A stretch of DNA of 54,550 nt. Origin: an uncultured virus (IMG/VR IMGVR_UViG_3300031951_000043). Taxonomy: Duplodnaviria > Heunggongvirae > Uroviricota > Caudoviricetes. The stretch lies in IMG/VR virus record IMGVR_UViG_3300031951_000043; one strand, 5' to 3'. Below are positions 18,446 to 27,702 of this stretch, one piece after another; the stretch's first letter is position 1, and the number at the start of each line of letters is the position of its first letter. Under the pieces are notes generated by a model. That model was given only the letters and a program-made list of their open reading frames with translations, searched no databases and was not told the DNA's origin. Made by a program: the position numbers and the translations under genes.

Positions 18446-19048
18446 TTAATTTTTAAACTTATATAAACATAAACCAACGGAATCAAATTTTAAATTATCA
18501 AAATTTGAATTTTTTTTGTTTGCATGAAGTTGTTCTTGTAAAATCCATTTTTTAGATTTTTCCATGTAATCTTTTATGATTATGGATTTGGTTGAATAAC
18601 CTTTATCATACGGTCTATAATAATCCCAATCATGCATACAAAAATATGTTCCATCTTCTATATTTTGCTCTAATAATATGATATCATCATATGCTATATT
18701 TGGGTCTTCAGGTCCGTCAAACATTATAAAGTTGGGCTTAATATTTGATTCTAATAAATTGACGAGCATTTTTTGTGACTGCTCTTTAAAATACTTTACA
18801 AATGGAAATTCATTAAAAAACTCTTCTGTTGGTTTTCTTATTGGATCACAAGTAAAAATTTTCGAATTTAAATTATTATTTTTTATTGATTGAGATATAA
18901 AATAAGTAGAACCTCCACCGTCACCAGTACCAACCTCAAAAATAATATTAGGTTTTATTTCCGAAATCCAATTATATAATTTATATCTTTCATATGGTAA
19001 CATTTCACCATTATATGTTATTTCTCTAAAATTTATTTTTTCATCCAT
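18446..19048 (-). CDS. class I SAM-dependent methyltransferase
   Basis: IFEVGTGDGGGST, IMFDG, MHDW motifs. Confidence 0.8.
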   Translation of the reverse strand: MDEKINFREITYNGEMLPYERYKLYNWISEIKPNIIFEVGTGDGGGSTYFISQSIKNNNLNSKIFTCDPIRKPTEEFFNEFPFVKYFKEQSQKMLVNLLESNIKPNFIMFDGPEDPNIAYDDIILLEQNIEDGTYFCMHDWDYYRPYDKGYSTKSIIIKDYMEKSKKWILQEQLHANKKNSNFDNLKFDSVGLCLYKFKN

Positions 19049-19051
19049 ACT

Positions 19052-19681
19052 TTAATTTATTTGTAAATTATCAATAAAAAGGTAATCATGTACCACAAAT
19101 TTATCTATTTTAGAATAGTTGTTTTTTTTCATAAAATCAAAAATTTCATCTTTATGTGTCGCCTCTATTAAAATATACTTAGGTCTGTATTTTTTAATAT
19201 TCATTCCCATTAATACTTCTAACTCATGACCCTCAACATCCAATGAAAAAAAATCAATTTTTTCTACTTTTTTTTCGTCTAAAATTGTTTCTAGTTTTTT
19301 TGTTGTTAAACTTAAAACATTTTTTTTTAAACTTTGACAGCGTTCGCCTTCTATTATCCAATCATTATCAGCGTCTTCTGATTTTCTAGAATTTTTTATA
19401 AAAGACATTAGATTAACATCATAAAAAATAATTTCTTCATTTTCTGTATTTGATAGACAACAATTATAACAATTTGAGTTTGGTCTATTTTTTTTCATTA
19501 ATTCAAATTTATGTGGTAATGCTTCTATTAAGATACCGCTCCAATTTTTATAGAATTCTAAATGCGCTGTATTTGATTGAAACATTCCATCATTTCCTCC
19601 AACTTCTATATAAAACCCAAATTCAAAATTTAGGTACCTATCAATAATTTGTTTATCTATTTTTTCAACACCATAATACAT
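19052..19681 (-). CDS. FkbM-family methyltransferase
   Basis: YIEVGGNDG..QSNT, WSGILIEA, IDFFSLDVEGHELEVL. Confidence 0.85.
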   Translation of the reverse strand: MYYGVEKIDKQIIDRYLNFEFGFYIEVGGNDGMFQSNTAHLEFYKNWSGILIEALPHKFELMKKNRPNSNCYNCCLSNTENEEIIFYDVNLMSFIKNSRKSEDADNDWIIEGERCQSLKKNVLSLTTKKLETILDEKKVEKIDFFSLDVEGHELEVLMGMNIKKYRPKYILIEATHKDEIFDFMKKNNYSKIDKFVVHDYLFIDNLQIN

Positions 19682-19683
19682 AC

Positions 19684-20490
19684 TTATAATTCTTTAGATT
19701 TATTTTTTATTAAATTTAACCAATAACTATATTTTAAACTTTCTCTGCTATTATTTTTTACTTTTTTTATTTCATTTTTTATAAAAACAAAATCTTTTAA
19801 TTTTTCTTCATCGTTAATATAAACAACTGGTAAATTTTTATATATTTTTTCATATATTATTTTGTAATCATTAAATGGTCCTACAACTATTGGTATGCCT
19901 CCGAGATAAAGAGTTTCATATGTACGAATACATTCAATTCCATTTCCTCTTGGGGAGATTACACCAAGATATGATTTTACATAATTACTAAATTCTTTAA
20001 AAGAAATTTCATCATAAGAATCTACATAATCAAGTTCATTACAAATATTTTTTATTTTTTGTCTTAAATCATAATTTGTATTTACCCTAAAATTAGAAAT
20101 CAATTTTTCTTTTATTATTGGCTGCGGAATCAAATGTGGGTTTAGTAAATATTCTTTTTTTTCAAAAATACCTTCATTTATTATACCATGACCTAATCTA
20201 ATAGGTAATATATCTATTTCAATACCCAACGGTATTGGAGTGACTTTATCACTATTACAATTTGTGTTAGTTGCAAAAATGTGATAAACATTTTCAGGAC
20301 ATAAAGATAATCGTCTATCGTCAAAAGTTATGTCACCATTTGCTATTATTAGAACACACTTATTATTTTTATTTTTTAATCTTATAAATTCTTTTTCTAT
20401 AAAATCTATTTTACAAAAAACTATTTTTTCGTCATCATGTAAATCATTACAGAACCTAGTCATTTGAATTAACTCATGATTAATCATCAT
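19684..20490 (-). CDS. exostosin/GT47-like glycosyltransferase
   Basis: PIPLG and VISPRGNGIECIRTYETLYLGGIPIV; start moved to MMINH. Confidence 0.65.
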   Translation of the reverse strand: MMINHELIQMTRFCNDLHDDEKIVFCKIDFIEKEFIRLKNKNNKCVLIIANGDITFDDRRLSLCPENVYHIFATNTNCNSDKVTPIPLGIEIDILPIRLGHGIINEGIFEKKEYLLNPHLIPQPIIKEKLISNFRVNTNYDLRQKIKNICNELDYVDSYDEISFKEFSNYVKSYLGVISPRGNGIECIRTYETLYLGGIPIVVGPFNDYKIIYEKIYKNLPVVYINDEEKLKDFVFIKNEIKKVKNNSRESLKYSYWLNLIKNKSKEL

Positions 20491-20965
20491 TATTAATTTT
20501 TTTTTTAATTTTAGCAGGGTTTCCAAAAACTAAACTATTATCTGGAACATCTTTTGTAACGACAGAACCAGCACCTATTAAACTATTTTCACCAATAACT
20601 ATACCGCAAATTATAACACTATTAGCACCAATTGAACATCTTTTCTTAAATAAAGTTTTTCTAAACCTATCATTATTTTTCCAATCACCATCAACTTTTG
20701 GTCTATAATCATTTGTTGTTACCGTATTTGGACCTAAAAATACGTTGTCCTCTAATGTAACACCCTCATAAATTAATGAATTATTTTGTATTTTACAATT
20801 ATTACCAATAATAACGTTTGGACCGATATAAACCCCTTCACCAATAGTACAATTTTTACCTATTTTTGCGTTTTTACAAACATGTGAAAATGCCCATATT
20901 TTAGTATTTTCACCAATATCTTCTGTCTCAACTATTGATGTTTCATGTAAAAAATAATTTTTCAT
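20480..20965 (-). CDS. hexapeptide-repeat sugar N-acetyltransferase (WbpD/WxcM-like)
   Basis: IGENTKIWAFSHV..AKIGKNCTIG...IGAGSVVTKDVP..GNPA. Confidence 0.85.
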   Translation of the reverse strand: MKNYFLHETSIVETEDIGENTKIWAFSHVCKNAKIGKNCTIGEGVYIGPNVIIGNNCKIQNNSLIYEGVTLEDNVFLGPNTVTTNDYRPKVDGDWKNNDRFRKTLFKKRCSIGANSVIICGIVIGENSLIGAGSVVTKDVPDNSLVFGNPAKIKKKINNDD

Positions 20966-20967
20966 AA

Positions 20968-21756
20968 TTAGATAAATTTTGGAATATTAAAAAATAAATT
21001 ATCTAAATAAGTTTTATGATGATTATAAGGTCTACATGCATGACATTCTATAAAGAAATTAGAATTTAATTTTGATATATCATAAGATACTTCATTATGT
21101 CTATGACAATCAATTCGTCTATTTAAAAAAGTTGACGCTAAACTCAAGCTTGAAATTCTTGATTTATCTTCAAACGAGGAAAGTATTTTACAACTATAAG
21201 CTTCATCCGTACCCCATTTATCTCCCCACATTGTTTTAAGATTTAAAGAATTTATTTTTTTTATTTCCAATTCAAATGATTCTTCAAATTTATAAATATC
21301 ACAAAAAGTCTGTCCTTTTGCAATATGATATGCTGAAGGACTAAATCCTCCTTCATCCCATTTTTTGGGATATTTGTTTTCAAATTTATATTGGTCGTCA
21401 ATTAACATAATATAATTATTTTCGTCAATTAAGTTAATAGTTTCTTTAAAAAAATAAGTCCCTAATGGTATTTGATCAATACCCATTATAATACAAGTTT
21501 CACTTGGATAAAATTTAGTAAAATAAAATAAAGCCCAAGTGTATTGCCATTCTGAGATATTAGATATTTTTTTCTCAATTAAAATTTCACCGTATTCAGT
21601 AGATAAATTTGCATTTTTTAATTCATCTTCTTCACCAAAAAAGATTAAAGTTGGGGTTATGCCGAATTTTTCTTTATAAGTATATGATAAATTATTCCAA
21701 AAATCATAATATAAAGGGTTATTATTAGTTACTAATATTACTCTATCTATTTTCAT
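20968..21756 (-). CDS. putative GT-A glycosyltransferase
   Basis: NNPLYYDFW, IMGIDQIP, WGTDE, ECH motifs; cluster context. Confidence 0.55.
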   Translation of the reverse strand: MKIDRVILVTNNNPLYYDFWNNLSYTYKEKFGITPTLIFFGEEDELKNANLSTEYGEILIEKKISNISEWQYTWALFYFTKFYPSETCIIMGIDQIPLGTYFFKETINLIDENNYIMLIDDQYKFENKYPKKWDEGGFSPSAYHIAKGQTFCDIYKFEESFELEIKKINSLNLKTMWGDKWGTDEAYSCKILSSFEDKSRISSLSLASTFLNRRIDCHRHNEVSYDISKLNSNFFIECHACRPYNHHKTYLDNLFFNIPKFI

Positions 21757-21762
21757 TTGTTA

Positions 21763-22572
21763 TTAATTAATTTGTACATTATGACTTGCGTGATAATAAG
21801 AAATTGTTTTACATTCACTGTAATGTTTTTCGTTAATTAGCGTTGATAAAATCATACCCCAAATAGGTAAATCGCCCCATCTATTACTATATATTCCGTG
21901 AGATAAATCAATTTTTTTTAAAATTTTATTCAAAATTTTATTATTTCTTAAAAAGTCAACATTAACAATCATAAAATTAGTATAAGGACATTTGATATTA
22001 TTAAATGTTTTATGTGGCTGAATATTTGTTTCAATTAAAAATTCGTTTAATAATCTTTCAAGACCCACAATAACTCTACTATCATCTTGATCTTGAAATT
22101 TTGGGCTTACAAAATAAATTTCTTTTTCATTCATCTCATTTAAAATATTATTATCAAATTTGGTAATAAAACAATCTTCATCAATTCTTATAATAAATTT
22201 ATAATCCTTAAGGTATTCTAAAAAATCTATTGACCAAAAATGACACATATGTTTATAACCTAACGGAAAATGTGAGGATAAAAAATTAGGAGGACATAAA
22301 TCATTATTAATTATATTTTTATTATTATCGAACGCTTTTTTATTTCCACATTCTTTAACATTTTTAAAAATTAAACTTTGTTTTGAATTATTGGAAATAT
22401 ATAATTGATGATCTTCCGGAATATTTCCTTCATGAAATATTACCATATCAAAATCAAAATTAGATTTACTAATTATATTTTCATAAATTAATGTATTACG
22501 TTTAATTAACGAATTATATTGTGATACATTTTCATAGCCTCTAGTTAAGACTGTTATCGCTATTTTGTTCAT
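21763..22572 (-). CDS. GT15 (Kre2/Mnt1-like mannosyltransferase) family protein
   Basis: GYKHMCHFW, IIRIDED, YTNFMI and GIYSNRWGDLP match the GT15 motifs YRHMCRF / NFEI / RWGDAP. Confidence 0.7.
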   Translation of the reverse strand: MNKIAITVLTRGYENVSQYNSLIKRNTLIYENIISKSNFDFDMVIFHEGNIPEDHQLYISNNSKQSLIFKNVKECGNKKAFDNNKNIINNDLCPPNFLSSHFPLGYKHMCHFWSIDFLEYLKDYKFIIRIDEDCFITKFDNNILNEMNEKEIYFVSPKFQDQDDSRVIVGLERLLNEFLIETNIQPHKTFNNIKCPYTNFMIVNVDFLRNNKILNKILKKIDLSHGIYSNRWGDLPIWGMILSTLINEKHYSECKTISYYHASHNVQIN

Positions 22573-22580
22573 ATCTTTAT

Positions 22581-23306
22581 TTAATTTTTATACATAAAGT
22601 TTAATATATGTAAATCCTCGACATCACAAAAATCATATTGAGTCCTAATCCAATCACTTTCTTTTTTAGGGATACCGGTATCAGCTTGACTTCTAACACA
22701 CCTATCTTTCCAATCATCAAATGTTTTATGGTGATAATGATTTAATTGTGCAATATCGTCAGTCCCATTTTCATTAAATGGTCCAGTAAAATAATTTTTA
22801 GCTGTATTCATAATTTTTACATTCGGATAATGAGGACTAACCATAATACTATCTGATTGTAAATTTAGTATTGTTTTAATATGTTTATCAACATCTTTTT
22901 GTCTTATAGTAAATTGTTTAATTAATGAATTACTATTTTCACTTCTTGTCAACCTACCACAAGCGCCGAAAAAAACCCAATTAATTCCAATACCATAAGG
23001 ATTATTAAACTCGTTTATAAAATCTTTAATATTTTGATGTTTTTTTAAAACTAAAAATTCATCAACATCAAAGAAAGCTACCCAATCATATTTAGTTTTA
23101 TATTTTTTAATAAAATCATTATACGCGGATATCTGTCTAGCAATACCATCATATTTTATTTTTTTAATAAAATCGTGTTCTAAATTACAAATCCAATCAT
23201 TTTCATAAATGATTATATCATCAAAACCTAATTTTTTATGATACAATACCCATTCTTTTATATAGAAATCTTCCATTTTAGCTATACAAACTAATGCAAC
23301 TCTCAT
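22581..23306 (-). CDS. GT92/GT2-like glycosyltransferase
   Basis: YIKEWVLYH..LGFD.IIIYEN, WVAFFDVDEFL, LNHY. Confidence 0.8.
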   Translation of the reverse strand: MRVALVCIAKMEDFYIKEWVLYHKKLGFDDIIIYENDWICNLEHDFIKKIKYDGIARQISAYNDFIKKYKTKYDWVAFFDVDEFLVLKKHQNIKDFINEFNNPYGIGINWVFFGACGRLTRSENSNSLIKQFTIRQKDVDKHIKTILNLQSDSIMVSPHYPNVKIMNTAKNYFTGPFNENGTDDIAQLNHYHHKTFDDWKDRCVRSQADTGIPKKESDWIRTQYDFCDVEDLHILNFMYKN

Positions 23307-23307
23307 A

Positions 23308-24048
23308 TTATAACAATTTATTATAATTATTTATAAACTTTTGTTCACCAATTCCTTGTGTTTGATGACTATCAAATTGAAAATGTGTAATTGTATTATT
23401 TAGTATTTTATATGGTATTTGATTTAACAAATAAAAAACACTAATACTTCTTTCAATCTCATGTCCGGAAAAAATTGATTTTTTAATATCGTTAACTAAA
23501 ATATCAACCCATTCCATGTATTCATTAAACCTATCAAGTTTAAACGTATGATTAGATGTCATACTGCAAATAGTATTTTTAGGTAAAGACTCAATAAAAT
23601 CAATTATATTAATATTATAGTTTTTAATCAAAGAAGTAATTAAATTTTGACTCCAAGGTGTATGACGTAAATATTCATATGAATGAACGTTATGTGGTAT
23701 ATAGCCAAAAATATCAAATTTTTTAGTTTCTATAACTTCATTTAAAATCTCCTCTAAATTAGATATTGTATTTATATCATATTCAAATAAGTTTATATAC
23801 TTACCTTTAAGTAAATTATTTTTCCATAAAGCATACCAACCGGTATATGATGTTAATTTAGGATATTCTTCAATATTATTTTCTAAATTTCTTGCTATAA
23901 TCACATTATCTAAATTTTCTAATTTAGATATATCGTTTTTACCTAAAAAAACATACGTTAAATTACTAAAATTATTAAATTTTTTATGTCTAATAAAATC
24001 TAAAATAATATCTTGATTATGAACAAATATAAATGTTTGAAACGTCAT
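23308..24048 (-). CDS. putative GT-A glycosyltransferase
   Basis: INLFEYD and GHEIER motifs; cluster context. Confidence 0.55.
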   Translation of the reverse strand: MTFQTFIFVHNQDIILDFIRHKKFNNFSNLTYVFLGKNDISKLENLDNVIIARNLENNIEEYPKLTSYTGWYALWKNNLLKGKYINLFEYDINTISNLEEILNEVIETKKFDIFGYIPHNVHSYEYLRHTPWSQNLITSLIKNYNINIIDFIESLPKNTICSMTSNHTFKLDRFNEYMEWVDILVNDIKKSIFSGHEIERSISVFYLLNQIPYKILNNTITHFQFDSHQTQGIGEQKFINNYNKLL

Positions 24049-24056
24049 GAATAAAC

Positions 24057-25556
24057 TTAATTAGTTATGAAAAACTTATTTAATTTTCTCATATTATCAA
24101 TAACAAATGGTGCTAAATTTTTGTTATAGTCGTTATTCATTAAATAAGAATCCTCATCATTTTCTTTTCTAGTCTGAGACTCATAATGATAAGAAACTAA
24201 ATTACCATCCAAATAATTTTCAAAACCTAAAGTAAGGTAATTAAGATTTAATTCGACATCTTCAAAACATGATTGATATGTTTCATTAAACATACCACAT
24301 TTTTCAAATAAAGTCTTTTTAGTCATCATTAATCCGCCCGTATTACCAATTACTTTTTTAAGTGACGTTGAATGATTATAGTATGATTTAAATCCAACGT
24401 GTCCAAGAACAAATTTTTTATTCTTATCGAATCCTGCAAAGATTCCATCATGCTGAACCGTATTATCTCCGAAATGTAATCTACATCCAACAGTTCCAGC
24501 TTTATTATTTTCTTTAAAAACTTTTAACATACCATAAATAACATTATTTAATAACTTAATATCGTTATTGCAAAATAATAAAAATTCATAATCATTTGTA
24601 ACATGATTTTTTACAACATCGTTATTAATTTTAGCAAAATTATAATAATCATATTCAATTAATTTAATATCACCGAGTGGTAAGATATTATCTTTAATCC
24701 ATTCTTTTTCATCCGCCGATGAACCAGTATCTGCAATAAAAATATCAAATAAGTTTGGATTGCAATGGTCATAAAAAGATTTAACACAATCAAATAACAT
24801 TTGAACCTTACCTTTAGTTGGGATTATTACCGCAACTTTACTGAAACCTTTTATTGACTTTTCTTTTATCTCAGGAACGAATATTTTTTCTGGTTTTAAA
24901 TCTAATGGTAATTTACTTCCCCATTTTTCCAAGAATTTATTTTTGCTCTCCCAAAACTCTTGGTTTGGTTGTCCAATTGATTGATGTGTGATTTCAAAAG
25001 AAGATGTAACACCAATTTTAACTCCATCTAAATAATTAGGTACGCAAAATAAATGATCATAAAAATGGAATTTACCTATTGTTTCATCGAATCTATGTTT
25101 GATTTTATTTTTATCAAATGCAATAAACAATCCATCAATTGTTACAACGGGAATTAAAAATGGAAATTTTGGTGAATATTTACTTAACCATTTCTTTTGA
25201 CCCTCAGGGTGATGATAAACTTGACCAACCATTGTTTGTTGCATTCTTTCCCAATAAACACCTGATTCCGGAAAATAACAAGAACCAGCTTTACCAATTA
25301 TACCAAAATCAGGATTTTCATTAAAATCTTTTGATAACTTTACTCCCCAGTTGGTTTCTAATTTTATATCATCATGAATCAAAACAACAATATCATTGTT
25401 TGATTCTGAAATAATTTCATTATAAACAGTTGATAATGATTTAATTCCGGGATTAACTTTCTCAATAACTTGAACGTTTTTTAAACCACAAGTATCGATG
25501 ATGTATTTAGTAAAGTTTGGTTTACTAGATTTTGTACTATATCCGATTGTAATCAT
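24057..25556 (-). CDS. two-domain GT2-like glycosyltransferase
   Basis: Domain 1: VLIHDD...HFYD. Domain 2: VAVIIPT, ADTGS, LFCNND, FEDVEL. Confidence 0.85.
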   Translation of the reverse strand: MITIGYSTKSSKPNFTKYIIDTCGLKNVQVIEKVNPGIKSLSTVYNEIISESNNDIVVLIHDDIKLETNWGVKLSKDFNENPDFGIIGKAGSCYFPESGVYWERMQQTMVGQVYHHPEGQKKWLSKYSPKFPFLIPVVTIDGLFIAFDKNKIKHRFDETIGKFHFYDHLFCVPNYLDGVKIGVTSSFEITHQSIGQPNQEFWESKNKFLEKWGSKLPLDLKPEKIFVPEIKEKSIKGFSKVAVIIPTKGKVQMLFDCVKSFYDHCNPNLFDIFIADTGSSADEKEWIKDNILPLGDIKLIEYDYYNFAKINNDVVKNHVTNDYEFLLFCNNDIKLLNNVIYGMLKVFKENNKAGTVGCRLHFGDNTVQHDGIFAGFDKNKKFVLGHVGFKSYYNHSTSLKKVIGNTGGLMMTKKTLFEKCGMFNETYQSCFEDVELNLNYLTLGFENYLDGNLVSYHYESQTRKENDEDSYLMNNDYNKNLAPFVIDNMRKLNKFFITN

Positions 25557-25644
25557 TAAAATTTATTAAAAATATAAAAAATTTTCTTAAGAAAATCAAT
25601 CTTTTTTTTTTGGATATATTTATAATGTATAAAACATTATAAAA

Positions 25645-25929
25645 ATGAGAACAAAAAATAAAAAACCAACAAGAATAACTGAAAAACAGTTAGTAGCAAT
25701 ACTTAAAAAAGTAATTAATGAGCAAGATTCTTCAGAATATGATGATAATGAAGATGAAAAAGAAGAACATATTAAATTTATTGAAGATGCGGTATATGAT
25801 TCGGCAATGAGTATTATAGGAAATTTAATAGCGGTTATTGATGACAACTATGAAGAAGGTATTGTTTTTGCTTTAGAGGAATTGGATTCTATTAAAAAAA
25901 TTATAATGGATGTAAAAACAAGTTATTAA
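25645..25929 (+). CDS. acidic hypothetical protein with ITEKQL..I.EQ leader
   Basis: ORF downstream of ATATTTAT (25616). Confidence 0.7.
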   Translation: MRTKNKKPTRITEKQLVAILKKVINEQDSSEYDDNEDEKEEHIKFIEDAVYDSAMSIIGNLIAVIDDNYEEGIVFALEELDSIKKIIMDVKTSY

Positions 25930-25930
25930 T

Positions 25931-26344
25931 ATGAAAAATTTATTAAAAATTACAGAAGACGAAAAAAAGCATATTTTAACTATGCACAAAACCAAAATTA
26001 ATGAAAGTGATTTTGGTAGAATTGCTGGCGCTATTGCGGCAACAGGAGCAATAATGACACTAATATTGGCGCAAAGAGCGGTCGATATTTATGATTCAGA
26101 AGGAAATTCTGTTGAGGCTAATGTTGGTGATACATATACTGGTATTGTAACTGAAATGGTAGCAAAACCAAAAATGGGATTTGTTGTTAAAATGGAAACA
26201 GATGATGGTCATACTTTAGATTTCATGACATATTACAATAATTTTGTAACAGGTGATAAAATTAAGGTTGTTATTGGACGAGAATTTAATTCAGGTGGAA
26301 TGATGGTGTTTCCTGATGTAACACACACAGAAAAAGTTAAATAA
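25931..26344 (+). CDS. hypothetical protein with leader, hydrophobic helix and OB-like beta domain
   Basis: MKNLLKITEDEKKHIL..KINE leader and IAGAIAATGAIMTLILA segment. Confidence 0.7.
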   Translation: MKNLLKITEDEKKHILTMHKTKINESDFGRIAGAIAATGAIMTLILAQRAVDIYDSEGNSVEANVGDTYTGIVTEMVAKPKMGFVVKMETDDGHTLDFMTYYNNFVTGDKIKVVIGREFNSGGMMVFPDVTHTEKVK

Positions 26345-26365
26345 TAAGTTTTATATTTTTAATAA

Positions 26366-26403
26366 AAATTCCCCCACTAGTTTTTAGCTAATTGGGGGAA
26401 TTT
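26366..26403. terminator. bidirectional intrinsic terminator
   Basis: aaattccccca...tgggggaattt 11-bp GC-rich stem between convergent genes. Confidence 0.8.
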
Positions 26404-26416
26404 ACTATTAAAAAAT

Positions 26417-26998
26417 TTAAATTCCAGTCGATCCAAACCCGTTTGAACCTCTTGTTTTTTCGTTTATTACGTCAACCTCAGAAACTGAAACATAACCACC
26501 ACAGATTGCAGGTGATAAAACACCTTGTCCAACCTTCATTCCCTTTTTAATAACAATATCATGACCATTGGTGTTAAACAATATAACTTTTACCTCTGAA
26601 GTGTATCCATTATCTATTGTCGCAGGAGAATTTAATACCATTAATCCCTGATTAATCGCTAGACCGCTTTTACTTCTAATTTGTAACTCATGTCCAGCGG
26701 GTAAATCAAAAGCTAATCCAGTCGGAATTAAAGCCCTTCCAAACGGTCCAATTGTTACCTCTTCAGTCGAATGAAAATCAAATCCCGAATCACCATCATA
26801 ATTATATTTTGGTAAAACAGCATCGGGATGAAGTTTCTTAACGTTTAATTCAATTTTTGGTTGCGCCATGCTAAATAATGTTGTAAATTCATCAAGTTCA
26901 GAATCAATTTCATCACCAATAGTTTCTTGCCAATTAGGTGATTGCATTTTCTGTTTAAGTTGTTCTAATTTTTCTCTAAGTTCATCAAGACTATCCAT
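26417..26998 (-). CDS. dut: trimeric dUTPase
   Basis: SGFD, RSKSGLA, TIDNGY, RGSNGFGSTG motifs. Confidence 0.95.
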   Translation of the reverse strand: MDSLDELREKLEQLKQKMQSPNWQETIGDEIDSELDEFTTLFSMAQPKIELNVKKLHPDAVLPKYNYDGDSGFDFHSTEEVTIGPFGRALIPTGLAFDLPAGHELQIRSKSGLAINQGLMVLNSPATIDNGYTSEVKVILFNTNGHDIVIKKGMKVGQGVLSPAICGGYVSVSEVDVINEKTRGSNGFGSTGI

Positions 26999-26999
26999 G

Positions 27000-27698
27000 T
27001 TAATTTAATTTTTCAAGTTTAGATACGACCATCATTAATACCTCGACATCTTTCTCACAATATTCAGCAATTTCTTTAGTCCCCTTGCTCCAATAATGTT
27101 CATGTACTTTACTTCCATTTACTTCACCAGTTTTAGATGAGTCAACACCAAGAGAAGCACACATTAATTCGAGAGTTGCGATTGAGAAATTATTACCATA
27201 TTGCCAAAAATCTTTTGTATCAATTGCTTTAACCTCCCAAGGTTTTGTATCAAATGCGGGAAGAATAGCTGGTGGTTTTATTCCATTAATAATCATTCGT
27301 TTACATAGCATTGGGATATCGAATAATTTAATATTATGACCACACAAACTAAAATCCATTTTTGCAACTTTATTAAGCAAAGCCTTAACTTCACTTAATA
27401 ATGTTTTTTCATCCTCATTTGAAAACGTTTGAATTTTAATTTCTCCATCAGGAGTTATAAAACCAAAGCTAGCAACAATTATTTTACCAAATTCAGGTAA
27501 TAAAGCCGATTTACTTAAATAAAGTTCGTCAATTGTTAAATCTTTATCTTCAGGATATCGTTTTCTAAACCAGTCTTGGTATTTCTCAAACTGAATCGCT
27601 AAACTTGGATGATTTTCCTTTAAGGTTGTGAAGTCTTTTTCAAGCCCAACCGTTTCCAAATCAAAAAAAAGGATTTTACTAATAGGTTTATTAAACAT
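27000..27698 (-). CDS. DEDD 3'-5' exonuclease (stand-alone PolB-exonuclease-like)
   Basis: FFDLET, GHNIKLFDIP, YCEKDV. Confidence 0.85.
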   Translation of the reverse strand: MFNKPISKILFFDLETVGLEKDFTTLKENHPSLAIQFEKYQDWFRKRYPEDKDLTIDELYLSKSALLPEFGKIIVASFGFITPDGEIKIQTFSNEDEKTLLSEVKALLNKVAKMDFSLCGHNIKLFDIPMLCKRMIINGIKPPAILPAFDTKPWEVKAIDTKDFWQYGNNFSIATLELMCASLGVDSSKTGEVNGSKVHEHYWSKGTKEIAEYCEKDVEVLMMVVSKLEKLN

Positions 27699-27702
27699 TT
27701 TT

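Noticed and set aside
21763..23306. Eukaryotic giant virus (NCLDV) origin suggested by GT15/GT92/GT60, collagen and SNF2
   Set aside because: The neck, baseplate spike, PhoH, sigma-like gene, overlapping operons and Bacteroidota promoter indicate a tailed bacteriophage.
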